DNA of 64,000 nt from Octopus sinensis (lineage: Eukaryota): positions 121,520,001 through 121,584,000 of the forward strand of contig NC_042997.1 in NCBI RefSeq assembly GCF_006345805.1, read 5' to 3'. The notes beneath the pieces were generated by a model, which did not search any database, was not told where the DNA came from, and worked only from the letters and a program-made list of their open reading frames with translations. A program made the translations under genes and the position numbers. Numbering within the stretch: the stretch's first letter is position 1; every line of letters starts with the position of its first letter. Positions 25,921 to 40,164 of this stretch are shown in pieces.

Positions 25921-27146
25921 CACGACAGTAACGTAGCAAAGCATAACACGTGTATCCAATTATTTCTAACAAAAATTGCATTTTTGTAATGTATGTCGTT
26001 TGACTAGCTTTAGATGATATTTATAAAAGCAAATAGAACATGTTTGGTCTCATATCTTTGATTTTCTAAATATCTTTTATCGAGACACAAGTCAAAATTT
26101 GTTCAATCAAAGACCGAACCCACGATGGTATCTTAACTTGAAGTAATTCATATTTCAATGTACAACATTTATGTGTTCAACCTTTTTGAATACGTCGTAT
26201 TCAGTTATCCAATGTCATGCACATAATTTATAAACAATTTATTTTTTCATAATGCTTTCGTACCTGCGCATAAAGATGTAATGGAGGTTATGTGTGACAT
26301 TGTATGATATGCACGATCTTGTTAAAATCATTAACAGTATAAGTGAAGTTTATTGGAATTGAAATTCTGCCTCCCATTCAGTAACCCAAGAACTCACCTC
26401 CTGAACTATCACGCTCAATCCTCCTTTCCATTCTTCCTTATAGAATAGAATTCAGATTACTTGAGACAGGTAACTTTTTTTCTCCTTTTTTTTCTTTTTT
26501 TTTTTTGTAAAATTTTCAGTATGATAGCATTTCTAACGGGAGTCAGTTAGCAGTAATGAATCTAAATAACACGTATGAGTTGATTTGAAATTTCTATGTT
26601 ATGAGTTCAAATTCCATCATTTTTCTACTGTAAGGCGTAAGGTTAAGAAGCTGATTCTTCAAATATGTATTTGGGATTCTATCTCACTCTGCGACTTCGA
26701 GTAGGTGTCTTTAGTATAACTTCAGATCAATACATAGCTTTGTAAATGAAAACGGATTGAGTGAAAAAAACGAAAGCTGTTTGGAAGAACGGAGGTAATG
26801 TTAATACATTTTGGTGATAGAATCAATCCCTCCCTCAATTCAACGCCATCAAATGGTCCAAAGCTACCTTTAGCGGTGTCCACTTAGTTTCAAGTGTTCA
26901 GTCTAACTCTAGAACATTGTTCAAGAGTATACTCCTCTGTTTGTCCCTCCGGTCTTAAAGAAAGTGAAAAGTAACCGGTCTTATACTTCCTTCTTCTGAT
27001 CAAACTATAAATAATCAATAGGTTTACATTCTCAGTAGTAGAGTGTCAGAATCAATTGAACGACGGACTAAATCACTTAAACTTTCAGTGTTGCCTTACA
27101 TTTTCCTTAAAATGAAGTCGCTGTTATCTACTAGGTTATACTTAAT

Positions 27147-27278
27147 CAGTTCTATATTTAAGAGATGCGGAATTATGTACATTATTTACATTAGTTACAT
27201 TTGACGGATATTTGTCCTCATCAGGTGTCTTGGGGAAATTTCGAACCTGGGTTCTCATTCCTAAGGTATTTTTCGAAG

Positions 27279-27328
<50 letters not shown>

Positions 27329-27429
27329 GTTGTTGTTGTTGTTGTTCAGGTCACTGCCTGGAATCGAACTCGGAATCTTGAGATTAGTAGCCTGCACTCT
27401 TAACCACTACGCCATATGCCCACAGGCAT
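27147..27429 (-). mobile_element. Family H SINE with the whole HHR deleted
   Basis: Clean A/B boxes (TGGCGTAGTGG; GAGTTCGATTCC). Minus strand reads CCAAGACACCTGATGA|GGACAAAT, so the segment between two GATGA motifs is missing. Confidence 0.85.
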
Positions 27430-27439
27430 CCTATTCAGT

Positions 27440-27600
27440 AACATCGAAAAATACCTTAGGAATGAGAACCTAGGTTGGAAATTTCCCCAAGACACCTGAT
27501 GAAAGCTGGAGAGTATATCAGCCGAAATTTGTGTTAACAAAAAACAAGATGAAGACAAATATCCGTCAAATGTAAATAATGAAAATAATGTATATAATCT
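27440..27600 (+). mobile_element. Headless family H 3' module with a degenerate HHR
   Basis: GACAC-CTGATGA(27496-27502)-AAGCTG..TCAGCC-GAAA(27524-27527)-TTT-GTGTT. Confidence 0.8.
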
Positions 27601-29528
27601 AGATCTTGTTTGAATCCAATGTATGACTTTGTAAGGAAGCGTAGAAATTATTATTACTTTGCAGTATTACAACGGTGAATAAGATAAGCAGCATAGATTA
27701 AATTTTATTTTTAAAGTTCCTTCCTGTGTAGGCAGAGTTGGTGTGAAATTTATGTACATTACCAAATAAAATAGTGCTTTCCAGCATGAAGTACCTGAAA
27801 TCCCTAGTGAGTGCATTGAAGAGGGAAAGCATATATTTTGTTAAAATCAATGTTATAAATAAAATTATTATTTATTCGCCAAAATAACTACTTTATTAAT
27901 CCTTTGTCCAAAACATTTTCATAAGTTTGTCTCACACATCCAAGCTAATTTTCAGATTTTAACCTTTGATTTATACGTTCTGAGTAAAATAGAGCTTTTC
28001 TTTCTTAAGTCCTAAGCCTTTCTGGTGGATGAAAATAAAATTCGGAATGTGTATCATGAAGGTTACATGCAAACCAGGGAAATATGTCCTGTATATCACA
28101 TACAATACACAGAACAGGCAAAGGTTTAAAGCACGCTAAGAAGTTTATTCCACGATATTTTATATGGTTCATTCTGAAAAGAAAAAGATAGTTATTAGAA
28201 AACTGAATTTTTTTCGCCTTCAAGCGCGATGCAACTAGCTGTGCGATGCGAAAATTAAGAGTTTCTTTGGAACTCGGAGTATGGAAAATACTGATATCCA
28301 CTGAAAAGATATAAATAATTTCGACTGTCATCTCCAAAAAGCGTTAGTATTGCTTTTGTTCGAGTATTCCTGAACACTATTGAGAAGAATGGAACCGAAC
28401 ACGTCCTCTAGACACACTCAGGTGTTGTGTTGCAGGCAACACCATAAATAAGTGAAATACTCATAACTTTTATAGAGGTTTTCATCTTTACACAGTGTAG
28501 ATATATGATTACTGTGTTATAGTTAGATGTAGTCTGTGGTTGATAGCCAGATTTCTTTACCAAAAGTCTGCCTATCTTTTTCATATTGGTTGGAGTAGTT
28601 CGGTACCTATTTGACGCGGTCACGAGCAGCTCTTTCATGACTATTTGAAATAATCATAAATCTGAAAATATTTCAAGTAAATATTGGAGATAACAGTTGA
28701 AATATGAATATGATTAAACTCATGTTATCTACTGATATTTTGACCTCTGTCACACTGGTTCTTATCGGCGCCGAAATACAAATTAATAATTCAAGCTTTA
28801 ACCACTGCAATAACGAGACGTCTGCAATCTGATTCCTATGAGACATTCCAAAAATAAATGGTTTTACTGATGGGATATATGAACGCAGCAATTTAAAATT
28901 CTTTCACGGGAATCTTCCCTCTTCTATCAACAAATCCACATATTGTAAAGTTAAGTTAATCCTTCCACAAAGAAATCACATAGATCTCTGGCCGGTGCTC
29001 TGCGCCAGTTTTCGTAGCGTTAAGCGGATGCGTGATTAATATCATCCACTGACAAGAGCGTAATATATCGCAGCTAACTTTGTGCTTTGCTAGAAAGTGA
29101 GATCGAAGCCATGTTGAAATACGAGCCATGTCCACAGAAAACAGAACCATTGAAGCGGATTGTATTGAAGAAGAGTGAGTCGCATTTCTAATGCCTTATC
29201 TGCTCGGACATTTCATTTATACTTAGTAATTGAAGCACCAACGGACATAGAGTAAAATACGAAAAAGCTGTTATTTTGATGTAATTATTCTCCTTCAGAT
29301 CAAAGTTTGCATCCTCTGTATTTTCAATAAAAGAAGAACAACATTGAACAGCAATGTCCTCTTGTATTTTTTCAGATATCACGTGTCTCTTGTGTGGCTG
29401 TTTCACTCAAGTTGACCTATTAACCGCGCTCAATAAGACGAACGTAGTTTAAGTTACTACACGCCTGTGCATACACACAGACATGCAATCATACATACAA
29501 ACACATACACGTAGACATACATAAACGC

Positions 29529-29592
<64 letters not shown>

Positions 29593-31334
29593 TACATATA
29601 TATATACATATACACACATACGTACACACACACAAACATATATATATTTGAACATAGTGGCGCCAGTAATAATTTCTCCATTTTCTTCATGTAGCAGTTG
29701 CGAAACTGAATATTCATTACTGTCAAACATTTCAATAAATATATCAGGCCAAACTAATCGAATTGTGGTGATGCAAGTATTGAAGAATAATGTGTTGTCG
29801 GCTGAATGTAGAACATGTAGTTAGTAAGTGTGTATTTGCTGTTTCTAAAGCAACTCGCGCCATTGTATGATCTGTAGCTTCCAGTAGTGTCCTTTACATA
29901 AAATACAAAATAAAGAGAGAAAATACGATAGAATAAAAAATATAAAAGAAGCGAAATGAAAATATTCTCTTGCTTCGAATTATTGTATCAGTGAGAACCA
30001 GAGATAGTGAAGCTGTCAAATAATGGCAAATGCTGTCGTACTAATGAACATGGCTTAATGGACAGACTTCAGTAATTTATACTGTATTAGAGTTCCGACA
30101 TTAATCAAGACAATGACTGAGAAAAAAAGAAAGAAAAGAAGGAAGAAAGAAGGAAAGGAAAGAAGAAAGGAAGGACCGAAGGAACAAAGAAAGCCGGAAA
30201 GAAACTTGCTAACGAAGGATGATAGGAAGAATGAGAGACGCAAAGAAAGAAAGAAAGAAAGAAAGAAAGACAGACAGACAGACAGACAGACAGAAAGACG
30301 GTCTGCATGGAAGATGGAAAGAGAGAGAGAGAGGAGACTAAAGGACACTTAAAACTGTGATCGGAGATAGGAATGGCATTAATTGGATTTCAAAAATGAT
30401 ATTAATTTTCGGAGAAAATTGGTTTTACACGAAGACATAGCTTGGTCTACAGACGATTTTATAACATTATTCGCCAACATTTCTATAAGATTTTCAACGC
30501 GTATTAATACAACCGATACACACTGTCTGTTTCTGTCTACTGTTTTCTATCATCTTTCATTCATTCTTTCTTTCTTATTTTCTCCTTTAGACTTTCTTAA
30601 GATATTTCAATTTTACTTCATTTCATTTTTTTTTGTGTGTTTGATGGAGGATGGGGTGAGAAGGTATTTCTTTGTGTATTTAGTGAGGGTTGGTTGATAA
30701 AGTATAGAATGGCGAATGAAGTCTTTTAGATCTGGTAACATTTCTCTCACAGCATTAAGTTCAGCTTTCAACTGAATCGCGTTTTGCTGGAACAAATTAC
30801 ACAATAGACAATTCCACCATCGCAGAGCATTGCTATCGTTAAACATTGCTTTTGATGGTCAGCCAAAGGAACTTAGTAGCATGCTGTGGATGTTGTTGAT
30901 AATATCGCTAGTTATAATAGTAGTAACGGTTGTAGTAACAACGTTACGTTGGTAATAGAGGTGGCGGTAGAACTGGTGCTGGTAGTGGTTGTTAGCTTTA
31001 TAATCGATATCAATTCTTTCCATGGAAATTCTCTTCGTATTATACTGATAGCGCAGTGAATTCTATCTTCTCCATAAACGAGGTCATCAACGGTGCAAAT
31101 ACCTTTCTTTGACAACATAACAAGCCCAGCTAATTTACCACGTTTCAGCTGCTATTTGCCATTTTGGGTTTTTCTTCCATTTTATAAACTCGTTCCCTAA
31201 ACATTGAAAAATCTCGTAGAAATATCCTTTTTCTATTTCTTTATTATTATTTCTACGTTTCATTGTCCAACGTCTTTTCTTCCACACACACTCTCTCTCT
31301 TTCTTTCACTTCCCTCTCTTCCTTCTCTCTCACT

Positions 31335-31335
31335 T

Positions 31336-31414
<79 letters not shown>

Positions 31415-31627
31415 ACATATACATACATACATACATACACACACGCGCGTGCACAGACATATACATACATGTATTTATATATATATATATATATATATAC
31501 ACGTATTTATATATATATATATGCATGTATGTTATATTTTATATATGTATGTTCGTATATGTGTATATGTATTTACTTCCCTCGCTCTCTCTTTCTTTCT
31601 TTCTTTCTTTCTTTCTTTCATTCTTTC

Positions 31628-31672
<45 letters not shown>

Positions 31673-31680
31673 CCCTTTCT
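31335..31680. repeat. (TA)n/(CATA)n/(CTTT)n/(CT)n microsatellite cluster
   Basis: Direct reading of the sequence. Confidence 0.9.
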
Positions 31681-31904
31681 CTCTTTATGGTTGAATATAC
31701 ATTACTGCTTCGAACAATAATCTGACTTTCTCCCCTCAAAATTTTTGTCCTTTTACCTTCTTTTTTATTTATTTTTGGTTCCCCTTTCAATCTGCTGTTT
31801 CATTTCAACGGCGTTTGCTATCTTCACGCATATTTTATGCCAGCTCTAATCGTTCTGTACCAAATCTTTACCAAAACATGTTCAAAGATCAAATGTACAA
31901 CAAC

Positions 31905-32135
31905 AGGAAGACAACAGCACAAACAACAACAACAACAACAACAATAACAGCAACAACAAAAACAACAACAATAACAACGGCAGCAGCACCAATAACGGTG
32001 ATATAAACGAACAAATATAGAAGCGCCACCGCCGCCGTGACGATGCCGTAAATAATATTGCAACTAGGATGATGGGGATGATGATGATAACCATAATAGA
32101 AAATAATAATGGAAGAACTGCTGGTCCTCCTCCAC

Positions 32136-32169
<34 letters not shown>

Positions 32170-32240
32170 CACCACCACCACCTGACCCCCCACCACTACT
32201 ACTACTACTACACCACCACCACCACCTGAACCCCCACTAT

Positions 32241-32277
<37 letters not shown>

Positions 32278-32407
32278 GCTACTACTACTACTACTACTAC
32301 TACTACTATGGCAGCAGCAACACAATAACAACTACAGCAACGGCATGATAAAATTAATAATAATGGTGATATTCTAATAACAATAACAGTGCGGCCGAAA
32401 ATAAGCC

Positions 32408-32449
<42 letters not shown>

Positions 32450-33032
32450 CACGACGACGATGATGACGATGATGGTGATGACGATGACGACACGACGATG
32501 ATGATGATAGCGACGGCATTAGTCAAGATGTAGATGATGATGATGGTGGTGGTGATGATGATGATGATGATGATGATGATGACCACGGCGACGATAATGA
32601 CTATGTTGATGACGACGACGACACGACGACGATGATGATGATGATGATGATGATGATAATGATGTTGATGATGATGATGATGATGATGATGATGAGAATG
32701 ATGTTGATGATGATGTTGATGGTGGTGATGGTGGTGTGATGGTAGTGATGATGATGATGATGATTAGCTGATGATGATGATGATGGCTATGACGACACCG
32801 ACGATAATTTAAGAACATTATTCACACGAACATCAACAACAGACTATAGGTTTTCAAAGTTTAGAAATAAATAATAAATTAATTCTCTCTCTCACTTCCT
32901 CTTACTCCCTCTCTCTCTATCTCTCTCTCTCTCCCTGTTTTTCTTTCTCTTTCTCTTCTTCACTCTCTCTCCCTCTCTCTCTCCATCCCCCTCTCTCTCT
33001 TTCTCTTTCTCTCTCCCTCTCTCTCTCCTCCC

Positions 33033-33104
<72 letters not shown>

Positions 33105-33431
33105 AATCTTTCAATCTTTCTTGCAGCGACTTAATTTTTGTTATTCAAATCTTCTCGCTGGTATTTCATATTAAAAGTAGCTTGTCTTGTTATTTCTATA
33201 CATAAAACGATGAAAGAGAAAAGAAAACAACGACGTCATCATCATCGTCATCATCTTCATCATTATCATCAACAACAACAACAACAATATATTTATGAAG
33301 AGGAATTTGAAAACAAATAACGACATACTGTTTAGAATGTGGTCATGGTAACGAACGATGTATTAAAAGCATTAGAATTCCACTCCCACTCACATGCATC
33401 TTTAGAATTCCCCTCCTCCACTTCCTCCTCC

Positions 33432-33473
<42 letters not shown>

Positions 33474-33756
33474 TTCTTCTTCTTCTTCTTCTTCTTCTTC
33501 TTCTTCTTCTTCTTCTCTTCTTCTTCTCTTCTTCTTCTTCTTCTTCTTCTTCTTATCACTCTGCTGTTTGCTTGAATGAGCAAAGGACAATCAGGATGAT
33601 GAGTAGGTGGAGGGAGAAATAAGAGGATCAAAAGGAGAAAGAGGAACAAGAGGAGGAGGAGTAGGAGTAAGTGTAAAAGCATGATGTACAGATTCCACAG
33701 AATATATGAAGAACGAAATATCAATAATATTAGTAGTAGTAGTAATAATAATAATA

Positions 33757-33821
<65 letters not shown>

Positions 33822-33822
33822 G
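31905..33822. repeat. Mosaic of trinucleotide repeats (ACA, CTA, CCA, GAT, CAT, CTT, AAT) with a (CT)n block at 32883-33102
   Basis: Direct reading; it accounts for the poly-amino-acid ORFs here. Confidence 0.9.
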
Positions 33823-33925
33823 TTTCAAGTTTTGCCCCAAGGCCACCAATTTCGGGTGGGCAATTGGAGTAAGATCAGTTGGCACTTTTCTCAACCCCGT
33901 AAGGATTAAAGGCAAAGTCAAACTT
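33822..33925 (-). mobile_element. Degenerate SINE family A-related 3' part
   Basis: Minus strand reads TTTGACTTTGCCTTTAATCCTTACGGGGTTGAGAAAA. Confidence 0.5.
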
Positions 33926-33937
33926 AATAATAATAAT

Positions 33938-34585
33938 GAATGGTGAGAGGGGTGAAACGGTATGACGCATTGTTAGTGAATGCCCGAAACGCGAATACAA
34001 AAGACGACATGACAATGTGGCGAGAAGGATTTAATCGGGAGCTATGTTAAAATCACCAAGAACAAAGTGCAAAGACGTGGTATGACCAAATCTCAGGAGA
34101 AGTTACTGAGAATGAAGACTGCAAAATAGTGTGTAATGCAATGTTTCTGTGTGACCATCAGATCAGACATCGGAAAACTGAGACTGTTGTGGTGAAAAGA
34201 AAAATGGATAAAATAAAAAAAAACAACCTTGCATGATAATCGACATAGCACGTCCCAGTGACAGCAGGATGAAAGAGACAGGAAAAGGAAAACTGAACAA
34301 CTATGACAATTTGAAGTGGGAAATGCGCAGGATGTAGACAATGAAGAGAGTGGACGTGTTACCAATAGTAATTGGCACACTTGGAAGTATCAGCACTCAA
34401 CGACCAACATGGCTCAAAAAGGATTGTTACAAATGTAGAGATAGAACATAGAACACCTACAATAATCATCAAGAGTTCTCCGTAGGGTTGTTGATCAGTA
34501 AATAAGTATTACATTAGTCTGCTGGCTGTAGACAGCTGACATTTTCCATCATACCCAGCAAAATAAGTTGAGAGTTTTCAGAAGG
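33938..34585 (+). mobile_element. Degenerate 3' end of an RLE-type (R4/Dong-like) LINE
   Basis: Frameshifted remnants of the zinc knuckle (ET..HIVSECP..EYKRRHDNVAR) and RLE domain (C.IIDIA.P.D..YDNLKWE). The 3' UTR matches the 43210 copy. Confidence 0.65.
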
Positions 34586-34867
34586 TAATAATGATAACAA
34601 CAACAACTACTACTACTACGACAATAACAACAACAACAAAAACGATGACGATGATAACAACAGCAACAACAACAACAAGCAATATAGACGATTATAGCAC
34701 TTAAATGTGGAAAGGCGCAACTTCCGGCTGAGAATTTAAAAGCTTTTAATGGTGAAGGTATACTCTGGCTGCGTCATGTATGCAAGGTGGCTTGCTCTGC
34801 TGGATTACAATGACAATCCGGAGGGATAATCCCAATGTTTAAGGAAGGGAGAATTTTTTTTTTGTTT

Positions 34868-34994
34868 CAGTTCTATATTTAAGAGAAGAGGAATTATGTA
34901 CGTTATTTACATTTGACGGATATTTGTTCTCATCTTGTTTTTTGCTAACACAACCTCCAGCCTTCATTAGGTGTCTTGGGGAAATTTCGAACCT
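34868..34994 (-). mobile_element. Family H SINE 3' module; HHR core CTAATGA plus an internal deletion
   Basis: Minus strand reads CCCCAAGACAC-CTAATGA-AGGCTGGAGG|TTGTGTTAGC..AAATATAGAACTG. Confidence 0.8.
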
Positions 34995-36760
34995 AATTCA
35001 TCTACTGTCCATGCGATTACCCCTGCTCCATATCTAAGGTGTGAAACCGCCCAGGTGTTGATATCTTCAATATTATTTCGTCCGTTTAATTTCGACTTAA
35101 GGATCAGTCTCAGTCTACGCAAGTACTCCGCCTTAAATTTTTCTGTCATTTCTTTCTCCATAAATTTTCCCATTTCCAAAATCCCCAGGTACTTATAACC
35201 CGTCTCTTCTATCTGCTTCATAACTGACAGTATCGTTAGTCCGTTCATACATTTGATTTTTCCCCTCTTCAAAACTAACACACCACACATTCTCAGACCG
35301 AACTCCATTCTGATATCAGCACTGAAGTTATACACTGTATCAACGAGGGAACTGACTTGGTCTAAATCATTACCATAATGTTTGAGGTCATCCATGAATA
35401 ACAAATTGTTGACTTTTTGTAGGTTGGTTTTAAATACATACCCATCCTTTGTTTTCCTCAGTGTTAGTGGTATCAAGCACAGTACAGAGAGCAGTGAGGA
35501 TAGGCAGTCCCCTTGGAAGATACCTCTCCTGATTTCTGTTGTCCAGTTTTGTCTATCAGGATTTGATCCTTGGTACATCTGCATTTATGCTTGCAACCCT
35601 TCTGCTCACGTGGCAGGATTCTATTCTTTTTCCAGATGTCCGTACATTGACTCTGCGACTATTCCAGTTAAAAACTTCCACATAAGTGACAGACAGGTTA
35701 TCAGCTTGTAATTGTCTACCGTATTGCCTTTTTCGATGTTTTTCAAGCACAGCACTGTCCTCCCTATTGTCAGCCACTCTGGTGTTACTTAGTCGGCATT
35801 TAACAAGGTGTTGAGTTGCGCAGCTATTCGTGCATGACATTCACCAAATCTTTTAATCCAGTAGCCTTGAACTCCATCTGGTCCCGAGGCCTTCTAGTTG
35901 CTAATTTTTTTGCTGGTTTCTTTCACTTCCCTAACAGAAATGACTACTTCTGCCTGTTTTGGACAGTCTACTGTTTGTTTCAGTTCTTGCAACCAGTCAG
36001 CATCCTTCTTGTGCTCCTTGTCTTTGCTCCAGATGTCACTCCAAAAGCTTTGACTTTCAATGTCATCTGATATCAAGTTTTCATCTGTATACTCTCAATT
36101 TATTTCTTTATGGAATCTTTTTTTTATCTACTCTGAATAACCTATTCTGGTGGTAACCCTTCATTTTTTGGTCGTATCTTACCATCTTTGCTTTCTTTGC
36201 AATTAGGCGCTGTTTAAGTTCCTCCATTACCACTTTCAGGCTCTTTCTTTTAATATTATACTTCCTTTTCAGTGCCCTGTATTTTTGTTCGCTTTTAAGC
36301 TCCCCTTTCTCTTTTCGATCTAACACAGAAATTTCCTACGAAAGCATATCTAAACCTGCTTGTATTCTTCTTTTGCACCATGGATCTTTCTTTTGTCACT
36401 CTCCCCATGTTTCTTTTTCTTGACATCAACACCCACGTTTTCTGCTACAATGATATTTGCTGCCTTGATCAAGTTATTTGTTTCTGTGATGTTTTTCGTT
36501 TTGATGTATTTAAGAATTTCATTGACATTTTTCGTTTTTTGATACATTTTTCATCGATCAACCTTTTTAAGGTTGCAAAGAATATCGCTATCGTTCTCCT
36601 GTAGTCTTGCCTTTATTCTGTCGTAGATTGTCTTTTCTTCATCTGTCATGTCACTATTAGTTTTATCGTCTTCTTTTAGATCATCTCTATATCTCTCATC
36701 AAGTCAACTACCACTGCGCCTTTCCTGTGCTATGAGATTACTCTTATTACTAAGAACTGT
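34995..36760 (-). mobile_element. R4/Dong-like LINE remnant: N-terminal region and reverse transcriptase (pseudogene)
   Basis: Encodes EELKQRLIAK, SFWSDIW, IRRGIFQGDCLS, LLFMDDLK, YKYLG and KLNGRN.I..INTWAVS.LRYGAG, with multiple frameshifts. Confidence 0.88.
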
Positions 36761-36778
36761 ATTTTCATCGTTATCATC

Positions 36779-37329
<551 letters not shown>

Positions 37330-37347
37330 ATAATAATAATAATAATG

Positions 37348-37417
<70 letters not shown>

Positions 37418-37431
37418 TAATAATAAAAATT

Positions 37432-37935
37432 GAGAGGGCAGCGGATGCCATCAAAGTGAGACTGGGGTAAAATATACGAAACCCAATATACCCATCGTGA
37501 CTACTCGTCTGATAATGGTACACGAGGCACATGCATCACAACTACATGTGCGCGGCATGATGATCTGATATCAAGATTGACAGCGCATGACCTTGCAGGT
37601 GGAGCCCAGCTAGAATTTTCTTCGAGATGAGTAGCCCATCCCACCCAAAACATCCCTCAATAAGGGTTGTTTAAGCCTGTTGAATGAAAATGCTATATTT
37701 CCAGAGGTGAACTATTCAAATATCAAATAATTCCTGTCAATACATGGCTATGTTGCTCCCAGCTACTGCTTGTGAAAAGCGATGCATATATTGTCAGTCA
37801 CTAAGGGACAACTTAACTGGCTATGGTCAAATAACTGACAAGCAAATCTGTGGTATTGAGCAGAACATTTGCTGTAGCCCATCTTTTACATCAAGTCATA
37901 TGAGAACCAGTGCCTTGTGTTGCATCAGGGCATTG
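37432..37935. repeat. Unclassified ~500-bp repeat family E, copy 1
   Basis: GCAG..ATGCCATCA.AGT.ACACTGGGGTAAAATATACGAA ... TGTGGTATTGA.CAGAA.ATTTGCTGTAGCCC is shared with 41341 and 42547. Confidence 0.85.
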
Positions 37936-38023
37936 TTGTTGTTGTTGTTGTTGTTATTATTATTATTATTATTATTAGTAGTAGTAGTAGTAGTAGTAGT
38001 AGTACTACTACTACTACTACTAA

Positions 38024-38054
<31 letters not shown>

Positions 38055-38558
38055 GTTGTTGTTATTGTTGTTGTTGTTATTATTAATATTATTATTATTA
38101 TTATTAATATTATTATTATTATTGTCATTATTATTATTATCAATAATATTGATACGCCAACTTGTTTTTGTACGTCCCTCCCTATTGTGTGTATCACACT
38201 TACTTCAAAGGAAGTGAGTGGCAAAGCAGGAGAGAGGTGGATAGAGAGGAAGTGAGAGAGAAAGAGAGACTGAGAGAGAGAGAGAGAGACAGTGAGTGGT
38301 AGTGGAGGCCGTTTTGTGTTTGTAAATGTTTATCACATCGCATAGATACATAGACACATTGTTAAATTAAAAACGGGAGAGAAGAGGGACACAGAGAAAG
38401 TGAGAGAGAAAAAGACAAACTGAGAGAGAGAGAGACAGTAGATACATAGATCGAAAGAAATTTTATACTCAAATACACAGAGTCATTGTTAAATCAAAGA
38501 CAATTACAGCAAATATTGGATGTCACTTTTACTTTTCATTACCACACGAGGATAAAAA

Positions 38559-38700
38559 TAACTTGCAAATGGCTGAGTACTCCACAGACATGCATAACAT
38601 TAACGTAGTTCACAGGGAGATTCAGTCTCACACAGAATACGACAAGGCTGGCCCTTTTGAATTAGAGCTACAACTCATTTTGGCTAGCTGAGTGGATAAA
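38559..38700 (-). mobile_element. SINE family D internal fragment
   Basis: GGGAGATTCAG..ACACAGAAT..GACAAGGCTGGCCCTTTTGAATTA..CTACAACTCATTTT. Confidence 0.65.
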
Positions 38701-39012
38701 CCTTCAAGTAGTTGGAAGAAAACGAAAAAAAGATGATATATAGGGGCAGCAAAATGTTTTTAGTCGTTAGCGTCCCTATAGGTGTTAATCCGGTCGTAAC
38801 AGTGGTATTTGTGGGTCTTACAGATGGGGACGTCAAGCCCCCAGATAAACACCGATGCGCAGGCTGTTGTTATCAAACTTAGCGTGAGTCGAGGGTGAAT
38901 ACACGACGGAATAGCAATTATTTCGTCCTAGCTTTCACTGTTTATACTAAATACATAACATTTTTGCCTTACGATATGGAACATTTCCTTTTCTTTCACT
39001 CGTTTTAATTAA

Positions 39013-39312
39013 ACGGCATTCCGCCGGTTACGACGACGAGGTTTCTGTTTATCTGATCAACGGAACAGTCTGCACGTAAAATTAACGCACACAAGCATGC
39101 ATACCATAAGGTAATTCTGTGGGAGATTCAACGTCACACAGAATGTGACAAGGTTGGACCCTTTGAATTACAGCTACAACTCATTTTTGCCCGCTGAATG
39201 GACAGCAGCATAATGAACTAGTGTACTTTGTTCAAGAGCACAGCGCGCTGTAGTGAATCGTACTCATGACTGAGGGCTGTATACCACTAATCACTGAGCC
39301 ATGCACCTTCAC
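39013..39312 (-). mobile_element. SINE family D
   Basis: Homologous to 25609-25920; minus-strand head GTGCATGGCTCAGTGATTAG. Confidence 0.75.
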
Positions 39313-39804
39313 TTAACTGTAGAGAAAAGGGGTGAAGTGATAGAAACAAAGAAAGGAAAGATTCACTCATTTTCAATGACAAACTGAAATACGATCGATC
39401 TTTTCTAGCTTCTTTACTTTTAACAATGAAGAAGAAGGAAAAACATTTCAAGTGTTTACGTTTTCATTCTGGGAGTTCTAGAATGATTGAGTGTTAGTTC
39501 TCTCTTCTTTCCCCCACCCTCGTTATTTATTCGCCTTCTTTGATAGTTCTTCATGTCTTTTAGTTGGGGGGAAAAACCACGTTTATTTTTTTTGTTTCAG
39601 GCACGTTTAACGCTTTCTGTACAAACTATAATCACGTCTACTTTCCTTCCTTTTCTTCTTTTTTTTTTTCATGCAAAAACCAAGGAAAATTTCGTACGGG
39701 GTATAGCTGTGAAATGAGAGCAGAAAAGTGGGTAATACGCCTACAAAATAGGTGGGGGAGAAAAGCTGCCAACAAGTGGCTACACGAAATTCAACTCTAT
39801 ACTT

Positions 39805-39888
39805 TGAAGAGTGTCTTCTATTATAGCCTTGGGCCGACCAAAGCCTCGTGTGTGAACTTGGTAGACGGAAACTGAAAGAAGCCCGTCA
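39805..39888 (+). mobile_element. SINE family B internal fragment
   Basis: AGTGTCTTCTATTATAGCCTTGGGCCGACCAAAGCC..GGTAGACGGAAACTGAAAGAAGCCCGTC. Confidence 0.8.
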
Positions 39889-39890
39889 TA

Positions 39891-39962
<72 letters not shown>

Positions 39963-40164
39963 CATCATCATCATCATCATCATCATCATTATTATTATTA
40001 TTTTCTTTATTTTTTCAATTTTGATTGCACTTTTTTTCGTTGCCATGTTTCTTCCTGACACCTAGAGCAGAGAAACTCATTGTATACAACGGTAGGCCAT
40101 TAAGAGAAACACACCAGATTGTTTATTTACAAAGTCAAATTATATGATTGGAAAAGAAAGGTGG

